From Vicugna vicugna (Eukaryota), in assembly GCA_013265495.1 (NCBI GenBank), contig MU058198.1, positions 2,616,419 to 2,680,418 on the forward strand: 64,000 bases of DNA, in the 5' to 3' direction. Shown piece by piece: positions 25,553 to 38,132 of this stretch. The notes under the pieces are model-generated. The model was not told the DNA's origin, made no database searches, and was given only the letters and a program-made list of their open reading frames with translations. Made by a program: the position numbers and the translations under genes. Each line of letters begins with the position of its first letter. The first letter of the stretch is position 1.

Positions 25553-26544
25553 TTTGCATTTAAACTTTTTTTTACCTTAAACTGAATATGTATATATATT
25601 CTTTTTTCATTTAAACTTTTGATGCCTATCATCCAACTACCCTCTCCTCCCAAGAGGCTGTACCAGTTTACAGTCCTACCAGGCAGAGAGGAGAGAATTG
25701 TTTTCTCACACCCTTGTCAACAGAGTGTATGATCATGTATAAAAATGTTCCCAATTTTATAGGTGACAAATATTATGTCATCATAGTTTTAATTTGCTTT
25801 TCGTTTTATTATGAGTGAGGTTGAGCAGATTTTTAACTGCTTACAAAAGACGGCCAGCAGATGAAAACATTGTTTCATGTTAAAACAAGCAGAGCATGTA
25901 AATAGTCTGCTTTGTAATTTTAAAGATAAAATATTATACTTGAAAGGAACCCCCTGCTTGTGAGGGCTACTTTGTGCTAAATCCCCAGACATCTTTGGGT
26001 ACAAATTCTCCTTCTTATGTAGTTAAGTAAACTGTGATAGGAAAGTTTGAGAAGTCCTGTACATCAGTGTAAAGCAGATTTTCTTAAAGTTCAGGAGAGC
26101 AGGTGTCCACCTGTGTAAGGAATTTCCTGCATACCGAATCTGTTTAGTTTCAGACATGAGGTATGTTTTAATTTAAAATGTATATAATGAGTTAAATATT
26201 TTTTTGATATGAGTTGTCATGAGTTGGTGATTAGAATGTTCTAATTCCTACCATTGTAGGAATTACTCTGTCAGCCTCAGCAATATAAAGCGTTATACCA
26301 GAAATGATTGTGTGTCCTACTTTCCTGAGTGAATCTTAGGAGGACCCAGGGCAGTGAAGGCTAAGCTCCCATTTCTAATGTAAAATCTGTGAGGGAAAAG
26401 AACCAGTGGGGATTTATCCTGTCTGATGTCTAGGTAGGGGGATGTGGAGAAGGAGCAATGTAAGATTCTGAGCTCTGGTCACCAACCAAGGCTGGTGGAC
26501 TTGATGCTCTTTCCTGACTCCCTCAGGAACAGGAGATGTAGTGT

Positions 26545-27062
26545 GGTGTATTGGTTAGACCACAGGCTGAGCTGCTGTAACAAAGAAGCCCTAAAATACA
26601 GTGCCTCAAAAACATGACTAAAGCTTATTTCTTTTCCATGCTCCAGTTCAGGTTAGTCCAAGGTCCAGGGCTGGGTAGGCAGCCTGGTTCCTTGAACTCA
26701 CCCAGAGTCTTGGGTACCTTCTGTCTTATTGCTCTGTCACCCCCTGGGCTTTTACCTGTATTCATGAGATTAAAACGAACTCACCAGCACCACATCCTTG
26801 TTCCGGTTCATAGGAAGGGTGAAAGAAAGGAAACTGAGGATTAGCAATTTCTTTTTAAGAAAAGCAATGGAGATGCTGATACATCACTTGCACTCACATT
26901 CCTTTGGTGAGAATTTAGTCATGTGGTCATACCTCATTTCTGAGAGGGGAGATTCCAATAAGGTGGTCATGCACCTTGTTAAAACCCCATAGGAGAGTAT
27001 AAAAGGTGTAAAATGAAGGAAGAAGGAAAGATGTTGGAGGCCAATTAGCCATCTCTGCTACA
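26545..27062 (-). mobile_element. MLT1 (J/I-like) LTR
   Basis: gctgctgtaacaaagaagccctaaaatacagtgcctcaaaa...cacattcctttggtgagaatttagtcatgtgg. Confidence 0.65.
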
Positions 27063-27274
27063 TGGGTTCAGAACCCAGCAGAATTAAGGTCCAGGAAAGG
27101 CAATAATTCTGCATCTGTCATCAATCACATTAATCCAAGCATCCAGAACTGCTGCTGGGAAAGGGCAAAATAGTGAGGAAGAAGAGAAGGCACTACTTTC
27201 TTCTTTGATCTTCAAGATAGGCTTCTTTTTTTCCCTTCTGGTATTAAGGATGCCCAGTCATCTAAGTTGGAAGC

Positions 27275-27680
27275 CAGCAGTCATTCACCAGGTAATTGAT
27301 GGAGTACCTGCTATGTGCCAGGTGTTGCCTAGGTGCTGGGTACAAATAGGTCCTCACAGAGCTTCCAGGAGACTGGAGGATGTAGACATCAAACAAAGAA
27401 CCACAAAGCTAGATATTTAATTTCAAATTATGATGCATTCCTTGGAGGAAAAAGTAGAATATTATGTGTAAGAGTATAAGACATGGATCCAACTTATATT
27501 AGAGACTGAGGGAGGTCCAGGAGAAAGGAGTATTTAAGCTGAGACCTGAAAAATAGATATTTTGGAGTTGGCTGGTGGATAAGGGAGGGGAAAGAGTGGC
27601 CTAGGTAGAGGGATTAGAACAGTGAATGAAGGAGCGAGAAATGAAATTTGAGACTGGAGAGAGAAGCAAGGAAATTTCTC
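27275..27680 (-). mobile_element. L2 fragment
   Basis: gagtacctgctatgtgccaggtgttgcctaggtgctggg...tttaagctgagacctgaa. Confidence 0.7.
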
Positions 27681-27698
27681 CTGCAACCTTGTCAGTCA

Positions 27699-28180
27699 TG
27701 TGTAGCGGTTAGCTATGGCTGCGTATGGAATGACTCCAAAATGTAGTGGCTTAAAATGGCAGGAAATTATTAGCTCGCGACTCAGCAGGCTGGGCTCAGC
27801 TAGGTGGTTTTTGTGATCTAGGCTGAGGTCGCTTTTGCAGGTGCCTGTGCTTCTAGGGGTAGGTTGGCTGTTGGCTGGGGCACTGGGGCTCCCCTCCATC
27901 CGGTTTCTCATCTTCCACTAGGCTAGCTCAGGCGGGCTTGTTCGCATGGCGGCAGGGTTCTAAAGGAAAGTGGATGCACGTGAGACCGCTGGAGACTCAT
28001 GTTCAGAACTGGTGCCCCATCATTTCTGCCGTAGTCTGTTGGCCAAAGCAAGTCCCGCAGCCAGCCCAAACAAAGGGCGGGGAAATAAACCCCAACTCCT
28101 GATGGGAGGAGCTGCAAAGTCACATTGTAAAGGGCGGGGTGTAGGGCGGGGTGCACCGTGAAGGGCACTTTCGCAACCAA
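27699..28180 (-). mobile_element. MLT1G/H-like LTR
   Basis: ttagctatggctgcgta...ccaaaatgtagtggcttaaaa...ttggccaaagcaagtc. Confidence 0.7.
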
Positions 28181-28711
28181 GTAAGGAATGCGTGTGTGAG
28201 TGGAAAGCACAGGAGATTTTAAAGCAGGGATGTTGCTTAATAACCGTGCACGTGGCCAAGGTGATTTGTGCTGTGCTGCGGTGGAGAATTTCGAGACTTC
28301 GTCTTACCTCACCATCTTGGTTGCGAGCTCTTTGGATGCAAGGTCTGTTGCAGCCTTTCCCAGGGCTGGATATAGTGCCCATCTGCCTCTTCAACCCTCG
28401 TGGCAGGAATCAGGAGTCAAAAGCTTTACGTTTTCAGTACCTTCAGGCTTTCCAGCGCGGTGCTGTTGGGGGCGGTTCATACAGACAGTTTAGCTTGTTG
28501 GGAGTCGCGAAGCTAATATCCTCACCACAAGCTGAGCTGCGAAGAATCCCAGACTTTTCTAAATTGTAATTTGTTTGTTGGGCCTTGAGGGAGTCTGGAA
28601 AGCCTGTTCCAACTTCTCTCTCTCGCATACAACACATAAGCATATTGTCCAAACAGGCATTTCTCTTCCGAACATCCTGTGTGGAAGAATTTTGCCAAGT
28701 GTGGCGTGCTG

Positions 28712-29240
28712 CTTGTTAAGCTATTGTCTCTCAATTAAACCATCCTTCTAGACTCCACTGTGCGCTGTCGGGGCTGGGCATCCGGGAGCCACATTTCTCC
28801 TTTGCCATCTGGATGCTCTGTGAGTAGGGAGGCTGAAAGGAAGGCGGAAGGAGAAAGGACGCCTTCCTTCTCATTTGTTTTCTTTTCTGGCCAGTGTCAC
28901 TTCAGTGATGACCTTGACAGTGGCAGTTGATCACACCAGCAGGTGTTCCTGTCCCCAGAACCAGCCTCGGGGGGCCCTTCACACAGACCAGCACTGTCTG
29001 GGCATTACCTCCTCCCAGGTCTGAGTCCAGCTCCAAGGGGCTTTTCTTCTCAGCTTTTAGGTTTTAATAACCCCATGCACTTCCCTCTTTTTCTTCAGGA
29101 TGGTAACTGCTTCATACAGTTACTATTTCTGTGTTAACTCGTGTCCCCTTTTTGCATTTTTAGTTCCTCTATACCATTTAAGAAATTCTGAGAAAATAAT
29201 CTCGTGCGGTTTCTCTTGTCCTGCCTGAATCCTGGCTGTT
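28712..29240 (-). mobile_element. LTR33-like ERVL LTR
   Basis: tgttaagctattgtctctc...gggctgggc...ccacatttctcctttgcca...tttctcttgtcctgcctgaatcctggctg. Confidence 0.55.
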
Positions 29241-31989
29241 ACATATGGTATGAAGATTATTTTAAAGGATACAAAGTTGAACATTTTAAAAATATTTGAG
29301 TGGGCATTCAGTACAATATGCATTAAGAAAAGAAGAGCATAGCACACCAAACTCACTGGCCCCAAGACGTTATTGTTTAAGATTAAAAAAAGTATGAATG
29401 ACTTAAGGAACGGTGTTAAGCAAATAATAGAATAGATGGTATACAGCCAAAATAGTGAAGGTGGTATGTAATGGAAGTTTGAAAGCACTGAATTAAGGCA
29501 AGTGCACCTTGCTCACTGTCCTAATAAAACGGCTCTTTAAACAGGAAAAGTACCTTGTTTCCAAAGAAGACTCAAGATAGAGGGGAGACTAGGAAAGCCA
29601 TGAAGTCAGATTTCCTGCGTCTCTTGAATTTCCAGGATCATGTGTGTGTATCCCTAGAGTTCCTAAGGTAGCAGCCAAACCTGACCTTTCCCCGGAACCT
29701 GAAGGCCAGCCAATAGCTGACTTTTTGTTGGATTCGGAGGTTGAGGTTTACACATTCAGATCAACCAACAAGTGCGAAGGTTGGCTGCCATTTTAAAACG
29801 GCTTCCCTTCTTTATGTGGAAACAGAGCTGCACAAAAGAGACCAGCGGACTCACTAAAGTTGGGGGCCCAGAGTCTTGTGTTCTATCTTCACGAAGGTGC
29901 TGGGCTCAGGGTCCCCTTTCTGATGGCTCTCTGGAGGTCAGACAGCAGAGGGAGGGCCATGCCAGTGTCCCACCTGGAGCTAACAAGGGAGATCTTTTGT
30001 GACATCCCGTTCTGAGAAATCAGACGTTATCTCCTCTTGCCTTCGTGACAAGGAGCTGAGGGAGTTATTTTTGTCCCAAGCAACCCAGATGGGGAGAAAC
30101 TCAACCCACGCAGTCTAGAGAGCGGGACTAAGCCTTCCCATGAGAGACTTCCCAAAGAGTTACGGAGGTGGTCGGGCCTAATGAGGTTCCCCAGGGGCAG
30201 CTGTGTATCTGAAACGTGACTTTTGGATCATGTGAAAATGAATTGAAAAGAAACGCTGGTGACTTGGTGTGAGACAGGTGTCCCTGGAAACACTTCAGCC
30301 AAGGCAGACTCGGGCACCTGTCCCTTCATGACTGACACTCAGTGTCATGGACTTTAATTTTATTTCACTTCTGAGAGAGAACTTGACACAGGTGAACTCC
30401 AGACAGACAGGAAGGGGGCCTGAAGAACAATTTCCCTTATACCTGACAGCAAAACCTTTTCAATTCAGTCCTTCACGGAGACTTCTTAATCTTTAGAGAG
30501 ATTCTGCCAGGCTAAAATTTTCCGGTTGAATGTTTTCCTTTAGGAAACAGTCCTTCAGGAACAGAGGTCCAGAGTGAGAGGCAAAAGCAATTCAGAACCA
30601 CAATTTTTTTAAAACAGTGAACAGTTCCACTTGGAACGATCAATATGGTATGGAAAAAAAAATAGTTCCTTGGTTTCTGCCTGGATTTTAATCTTTTCGG
30701 AATTCTTTCTACAGTGTCTTAAAAAGGACCAGGCTTGCTATTTATTGATAGGTTTTTCCTGACTGTCTCATCCTCAAAACTTTAAAAAAAAAAAAAGCAT
30801 TGTGTTCTTAATCACTCAAGTTTGCCAAGTGCAGGGATGAAGCACATGAGGACAACTTCTTATTCTTGATTTCAGAATTATTTTTGACTCAGTCCTTCTC
30901 TCTGCCTTTTATCGAAGCAGTTCTCAAATCCTACATACTGGGGCTGTTCATTCATTCCACAAATGTTTCTTGAACACCCAATATGTGCAACTTTTTCCCT
31001 CAATCTGGAGATATCGATCCTGTAAGTTTTCAGTCAGTGCTTTTTATTGTGGATTCTCAGCATTCTGTGACATCAGGCGTCTGCCACTGGCACAGGAATT
31101 CTCTGACATCTTTGGCATCAAGAGTCTCACTTAGATTAAGGCATCACCTCTCTCGTATCCAAGCATAAATATGATAACTATCAGGTTTACATATATCCAT
31201 CAGCTTCAATGGAGAAACAAAAAGAACACTGATTTCTATTCATGAAACACATAATACGGCAGGTACTCCTGTGGTTACCCTGCAGAGATGACATGGACTC
31301 CCCCTCCTCCAGTTTAGTTCAGATGTCAAGGCTGACGATGCCACGCATGCACAAAGACAGTAGGAAAAAGGCTTACAGTTCACATAAAAGGAAGCCTTCT
31401 GGGGAGAGCAGGGCAGACTCCCAGGCAAGTCCAAAAATGGCTCAAGAGCAGCGAAAGGAGACTGACGGCATGCGTGGTATTGGGGCGGTAGGGCTGGAGG
31501 GAGGCGTCGTGTGTGAGGACTAAGGCTGTGAGCTACGTGCTGGCTCCGAGGGAGAGAGCATCTAGGCGTTCTTACCAGCTTGCTCAGATGTGGGCAGAAA
31601 GGGAAGAGGGAGGGTGGGTTTGGAAGATGTCAGCAATCAAACATCCCAAGTGGAGGCAGAGTGTTTGTTACAATTCCCCCTTGATGTTTAACTAATGACT
31701 GAAATGTGTTATCTTTCACTGAGTTGAGTTTGAACTTGTTTAATTAAGCCGTTGTGGTTGTCTGTGAGCCTGTGTCTTGAGATCAGTAAGGCAGGTGAAA
31801 GTTCCATTGACTGACTCATTCAGGAGCCCAGCGTTGTGTGTGTTGGGAAGTCAAATGAGAGTTTTGGTCAAAACCCTGAAGGAGATGAGAAGTGTCTTGG
31901 TGAGGCTTTGTACTGTGGCTTTAGTATGTACAGAGACATGTGTGACATATTTATATTTCTGGGATCTGTGAGGCAAGAGATTTTATGGA

Positions 31990-33000
31990 GTTTTTTTTTA
32001 CCCCCAAGGGGGCAAACTTGGATAAGGAATTGTTGTTTCTGCCATCAGCAAGACCAGACGGCCAGACCACTGGCAGTGGTCCATGAGTCTGTAGATGGGG
32101 CTTCTGGTCCTGAGATGACTTCAGCCAATTGTACTGAGCCGTGGGTCCCTTCCTTTTTCAGGGAGATCTGGGTTAGGGGATGGAGACCAGCAGCTTTCTA
32201 GTATGTTCCATCACACTGGGTGTGATTATGACCTTGCCTACAAAGATTGTGCACAATGACTGGGCTTTGAGATACCCCGTGGGTAGCCAGGTGACGCTGT
32301 ATTGTGTTCCTTTGATGGTGAAGACAAACTGTGACTAAGAGGCTGTTAAAATAGGCACTAAATAGAAGAGATTTAGCCTAGTCAATGACTGCAAAGCATT
32401 TACTAGCTACTGATTGGACAAAGCCAGTAATTCAAATAATACTAGGTGTGGGGTCCTGGGTGGGTAGGATCATGACATGAAGATTGCAATATCCATGGTG
32501 AGGTGGCTGCCATTCACTCCTTCCTGGGTTAAGAACAGCCCAAACTGGGCTATTAAATGGAGGAGTAGTGGGGATAATCACCCCCATCTCTAAATAGGTC
32601 TTGCATAATGGGTTTCAATCTCAAATGCCCTGTTTTGATTTATACTGGCTGGGTCTTGTTAAATATTTCAACCAGAGGCAGGGAGGGCCATGGAATCCCA
32701 TATTTGTTAAGCTGATCGTATATGCTTGATTAAAGAAGAAGACTTAATTTAGCTTTATCGCACGTCGAGTCAGAACGTTCATGTCCACTAAGGGACATTT
32801 TAGGGCAGTGGCACTTTGACTATTGGGAACTTAGGCAAGGTGGTATTTCTGAGGCTGAGGAGAGGCACAGCTTTTTGGCTTCTATTTTATGTTTGGTAGC
32901 CACTTGAAGACTTTTGGGAGTACCTTGTTTAAAGTTAAGTGGGATTCTCAGGTCTAACTATAATTTGAGTCTCAGTATTGATTAAGGCCATGAAGGTTTG
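31990..33000 (-). pseudogene. ERV pro-pol remnant (protease, RT N-terminal half, RNase H), with stops and frameshifts
   Basis: QTFMALINTETQIIVRPENP (32941-33000); GVIIPTTPPFNSPVWAV (~32535-32585); LPTGYL../PVIVHNLCRQ (~32230-32290); TDSWTTASGLAVWS (~32050-32092). Confidence 0.85.
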
Positions 33001-33984
33001 CCAACTGGTGTATCTCAGTAGATGTTAAAGTTATTTCAGAACCCGTGCTGTAGGGCTGCAAAACTCACCCTTTTATCTTTTCATTATACACATTCTTTCA
33101 GTAAATGTTGGGTTTCCAACGGAGCCAAATTGGGCATCTCTGTTTCAGGCATTATTGTTTTTGTTATTATGTGGTGGTTACTAGATCTACTTTGGGGAGG
33201 GGGTCCTCTCTATCCTGCTTATATTTAGAAATTTCTTCCTCCCGAGAGCCTCAAGTCAGTAGGATTAGGGGCTTCCCCCGTGGAAGTGTTTGCTTTATTG
33301 GATTTTAGGGCTCGTGACTTAAGTCACGTTTGAGTTAACACTTTGGCTGGGCCATGGGGGCACCATGAATATTTTTTTCCTATAATTCTGAGGATAAATA
33401 TTTTTGCTGTGATGGAGGCATAGACAGCAACAAAGGCATTTGGGGAGGGCCCTAGTGACAACTATTTTTAGGAGTATGGCCATAACATGTTCTTCCTTGT
33501 GAGCGATCAGGCACCCAAAGGCATGCACATTGCATAGGGTACCAGTCTTCCCCCTGAGCCCTCCATGAAAGGGGGGGGCTAGAGCCTGGCTGAAACACAC
33601 ACAGTGGTCACAGGGTACGAGCCATCCCCCGAAGTCTAGTGGCAGTCTGCCTTATGCTGGAGCTGAGACATGCAGTTCCATCTGAGACACGTGACCCAGG
33701 GCTACTTTAAGGAGACCCCAATCCCATACTTCTTCTCCTAAATGCCAATTATTGGGACTTCTGACTTAGACTGGTTAAATGTAACAGAGGCTTGAAAGAA
33801 CTCAGCAAATGCAGCACAGAGCAGCTCAGTTCAAAGTGCGAGCTAGCCGGCAGGCGGCAGCATGACTCAGAAGCATGCTAGCTGGGGGTGGCTCAAGACA
33901 CACGCCCTCCAGCTGGCAGGAGAGCCAGCGAGCGAGCCAAAGTAGGCGAGGACAGTCCCTCAGTGGTGGTGCCATTGCCTAGGC

Positions 33985-34002
33985 ACCCTGCTCACAGCGC
34001 CA
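33985..34002 (-). other. Retroviral primer-binding site, tRNA-Ser(CGA)
   Basis: + strand ACCCTGCTCACAGCGCCA versus recalled tRNA-Ser(CGA) 3' end ATCCTGCTCACAGCGCCA (17/18), adjacent to the 5' LTR. Confidence 0.8.
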
Positions 34003-34861
34003 ACATTTGCAGTCACCCTGAAGAAGTGGGATGACCTCCATCACCCAAAAGATGGCTGATATGCCACGCACACACCAATGGGTCTGAAAAGGTTTATTAC
34101 TCACATTATGAGGCTTTCTAGGGAGCAGGGCAGGCTTCCCAAAGAGATGCTTGAGAGCAAGGAAAGGAGACTGGTTTGGTTTTACGGTAGATTGAGGGTG
34201 GTGCTGGGGTGAGGGTTCCTGCTCACGTGCCAGGGCTTGTGTGGTTTGAACTTCTTGCCATTGCCAAAGGAAGAAACACCTGGGCTTTTGTGTCAGCTCG
34301 CTCAGATGTGGGGCACAAGGGGAAGGGGCGAGCAGGGGGCTTGAAATCTTTTCACGGTCAAAAATCAAATCAGGAGTCAGACTCTTGATTACAGATACAT
34401 CATCTCCTTTAGTTCCCATTTGACAGATGAAGTAAGAACCTGAGAAGGATTAAATGGCTCACACAGCTGTCAAAGAAATAAAGTGAAGAGTGGAAATACA
34501 GTGAAACCCAGGCCTTCCAAACCTGTTCACCTGACCACTAGGCTACACTGCCTCTCGGGAGGACAGTGAACGTTCCTCACTCTAACAACCTGGGCTTCTC
34601 AAATATCATAAAGGGAATTTCAGTTACCAACAGAGGGCCCTGTTGATAAATAGAGGGTTGGACAGCATTTGAGTATAAAAATGGTGGGAAGGCTGGGAAA
34701 TACGGGCCAATTTGGGCTTGAAATGTATGTTGACTGTAGATCTCTGTCCCTTGGTCTGGTTGTCCAGAACAGCTCAGGGCAATTCCATTTGATTATCCCG
34801 ACTTGAAGTGCATGTTCCTGTAGACTATTCAAGCATCCGTGGATTAGTCAAGGTTAACTGT

Positions 34862-37258
34862 CGAGTTTCTTAACCTGGGGTGGGGAACACTGGGTAAATA
34901 TGGGACCAGTGGATGAGTGTCAAGTGGTCTGTGAATGAGTCACACACACACACAGGCGCACACACAGTATTTTTTTTTTTCAGCTTTCTTTCTGTTACTC
35001 TGAAGCAATTGACAATCTGTCTGAAAAAAAATTTTTGTTGTCAGACTGAAGTGTTGTTTCATTCCAAACAATTGTGCTGCGGAATGGGATACTCACTCCG
35101 CACGGTAATATACGAAGTTTATGGTTGTCACATGTCAATGCCTAGATTAATTTCTCATTGATAGAAATTAAAGAAGGTATACCTTGTCATAACGTTTAAG
35201 GAAATCTTAAGCTTAGCTGATTTGAGAAATTTCGAGAAATAAAAGCACGGAGCAATTTATGTATCCCTTGGTTTCACTTTCATTACTGAACACAATGGGT
35301 CACTAAAGCCTGAAACGGTCCTTGGAAAGCGAGTTACTTGCCAAGGAGCGTGTGAAACACACAACGCCGGAGGAGTACCTTCCAGCTCAGGATCCCCGCT
35401 TTGCACCTTGCAGTGCAGCTGTATTTCCTGAGAAGAAGGTTAGATTTGAGAAGGTCCCTGGAACTTGCCTTTGCCTCTGCCCCAAAGCCATTTCTTGGAA
35501 CACCCCACAACTTCATCTCTCATGTTGCCAAACAACAGAGTATCTTTGCAAGAGGGGATGTCTTAGAGAAACCTGGTGCCCTAGCAATGACCAGGCTGGT
35601 TTACGACTTGGAGCAGAGCTGCCAATCAAATGCCTCTGTCATAACCTCACCTTCTCTAAGAGAAGCACATCTCTTCCTGGTATCTGACAGCAGGAGTTAC
35701 AGTTACTCCTTTTGCCTTCATCCAGCAAATGAGTGAAACTGCCTATACGTTTCAGTGCGGAGCTACGACGCTTCTTCCGTTCCATGCATTCTGCAGCCAT
35801 CAGAAGAAATGCTGTCTTTTAATGGGTCCCTTTGGAAACACGAATGGCTGAAAAGTTAATTTTTTTCAGACACGATGTTAACTGGAAAAAAACATCTGGG
35901 CATGGAAGGGAGCACCTGGCGTGCATGACAAGCCATGGCTTCCTTGCTTGGGTGGAGATGCTGCATACTTCATTGCTGTCTATGTTGGTATCAGAGATTT
36001 GGCCAAAATCTTGAAAGGAGTCCTGTCGAGTGCCATAAAATTGGGTCTTTGGAGGAGTTTTTGTCACCAAATGGATGTATAATATTATGCTCCTTAAACA
36101 CAAATGTGTTGCTTTTCCAGAAAACAAATCCCCACGCTCCTGATTGAACACTGGACAGGATTTTCACCTTTATAAGGGAAGGACCCCTTTGCAAAATAAT
36201 TTAGCAGCAAATTCTTTCACCACTCGGACTTACCAGGAGGACCTGCTTAGCCATCAGAATGAAGCAGATGTTTCTATTCAAAGTCCTTCAGTTGCTGTGA
36301 TGGATGTGCCAGAAAAACTGTGAGCTCTTTTGGCCAGTTACCCTGCAGGTGGACGACTCCAAATTTTTCAAGGCTGAAGAAAGTGCTTCTGCCGACTGGA
36401 GTTGAGAATGATAGAGCCTTATCCATATCTTGGTGGGTTAAAATCTGAAGACACTGAGGAACTTAATAGGTTCCGGTACCATTTCCAACGTGGGGTTGGG
36501 GGAGTGGATTCCCCACTCCAACCAGCGATTCTCCAGATACCAGCTGAGTGTCCTACAATGAATTCCGACACTATCCACCCGGAGACAGTATCAGATTCCA
36601 CAAGTTAAGGCTTCAGTCCTACAAGACTCTCCCCAACCCAGTCACTCTAGATGCCAGTGGCAAGTCCAGGTTGTTACCTGGCTTTTGACCCATTAGCCGT
36701 AAATCAGAGGTTCCCAAGAACCCCTCCTTGGATTTGATTAATTTGGTAGAGTGGCTCACAGAACTCAGAGAAACATTTAGGAATGTTCATTTTTTTCTTT
36801 TCCTAAGCATTTTGGGGGGGTGGGGGTTCAGGGTTTTTGACCATTCAGATGCCATTTAAATGAAAATTTGGAATTGATTTGGTATCTATGTCAAAGACCA
36901 CTCCACAATTCCAACTTTTTATTCAAGCCAAGAAATCACAGCAATCTCATTAAAATGTGATTTGGAGAAGAATCGAAAATTTTTGTTTTATGTGCAATTT
37001 TAGATCTGTTCCCTCTACCACTCAAATAGACCTTGAATCTTAAAACAAGTTATAAAAAATGAGACCAAGACTTAAAAAAAAAGAAAAAGATTGCTTTTAA
37101 CTTCTCTCCATGTGCAAGAAATACATTTCTGATGTAGAAAAAACTTAAATGCAAAAGTTTTGGTGTCTGTATTTCTGTGCATTTTTCTGAGAAGGAAGTG
37201 TATAGCTTTCTTCAGCTTTTCCAAAAAGTCTGTGACGCTGATCAAGGAAAGAACTGTA
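34862..37258 (+). mobile_element. hAT-Charlie DNA transposon fossil with decayed transposase, interrupted by an LTR
   Basis: Charlie-like ends (gagtttcttaacctgggg ... tagctttcttcagcttttccaaaaagtctgtgac..aaggaaagaac). Peptide remnants ELLAKERVKHTTPEEYLPA and FFRHDVNWKK...MTSHGFLAWV resemble hAT motifs. Confidence 0.7.
36490..36780 (-). mobile_element. MER34/MER39/MER21-group LTR fragment nested in the Charlie element
   Basis: accagctgagtgtcctacaat...gacactatccacccggagacagtatcagattccaca...gagtggctcacagaactcagagaaaca. Confidence 0.7.
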
Positions 37259-38132
37259 GCCCATGGCCGAGTTGGGTACTCTGATCTCTGTTCCAACTGG
37301 TTCCAATAACTTGCACCCATTGGTCAAGCTGGTGAGCTCTCAGCATGCCTTTGCCTTCCAGCCAAGCTATCCATTAAAACCCAAAAGCCCAGGAAGGTTA
37401 ATCAGTCCGGTCCTGGGTCCTTAAATCAATCAGCGCATCACTGAAGTTATGCATGAATTTCCCAAAACTAAACACATTTCTATTCAAATGTTATTGCTCT
37501 CATTAGCATCAGCTGTTTTCATTATAAATGTGCTGAGATATTCTTTTCTAGTCTAGCTTATAAATTATGCTCATTCCTTTGAGCTTTTGAAAAGAATTTT
37601 TGTTGTTGTTGTTGCTCCCAGTGTCCTTTTTCCTTTGTCTGTATTTACTCTGTTCATTTGCGAGGAGCCTTCCCTACCTTTCTCAGTGGTCCCTTTGCCC
37701 ATGTTGCCTCTGATTCTCTGCTCTTCTTAGTCCCGGATCTCCTTCTGCCCAGAGTGTTTCTGCTCCGACTCCTTTGATGGCATGTTCTTCCTCCTTCCAC
37801 ATGATTACACGGGCATCTTTCAAGATTCAGTATTAACCCTTCTGCTTTTCTCTCTCTCTCTGTCTGTTCCTGTAGAGAACTCAGCTACCAAGTTTGCACC
37901 ATCCGTCACCTCCACCCCGACCTAGGCGTCTGCTCTCTCCTGCTCTCTCCGCTACAGCCTGGCTCCCTGAGCTGTGGGAGGTACTTCAGTTGGTGTGTGG
38001 TTTACTTTAGTAGTTACATATTTATTTGATTGTTCCCATCCATCTATGGCCAGGAATACAGGTTTCCAGTCACATTAGTTGTATCAAGTTTCCTATTTAA
38101 AAATGCACTTAAATAAAAAACGAGTTGATTGG

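Larger units (their letters stand above)
31267..34393 (-). mobile_element. Degenerate, internally deleted class III ERV provirus (MER74-like LTRs; HERVL74/HERV-S-like)
   Basis: Homologous LTRs at ~34005-34393 and ~31267-31672. PBS at 33985-34002, PPT at 31673-31683, pro/RT/RNase H remnants in order. Flanks ggtac/gatac. Confidence 0.88.
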
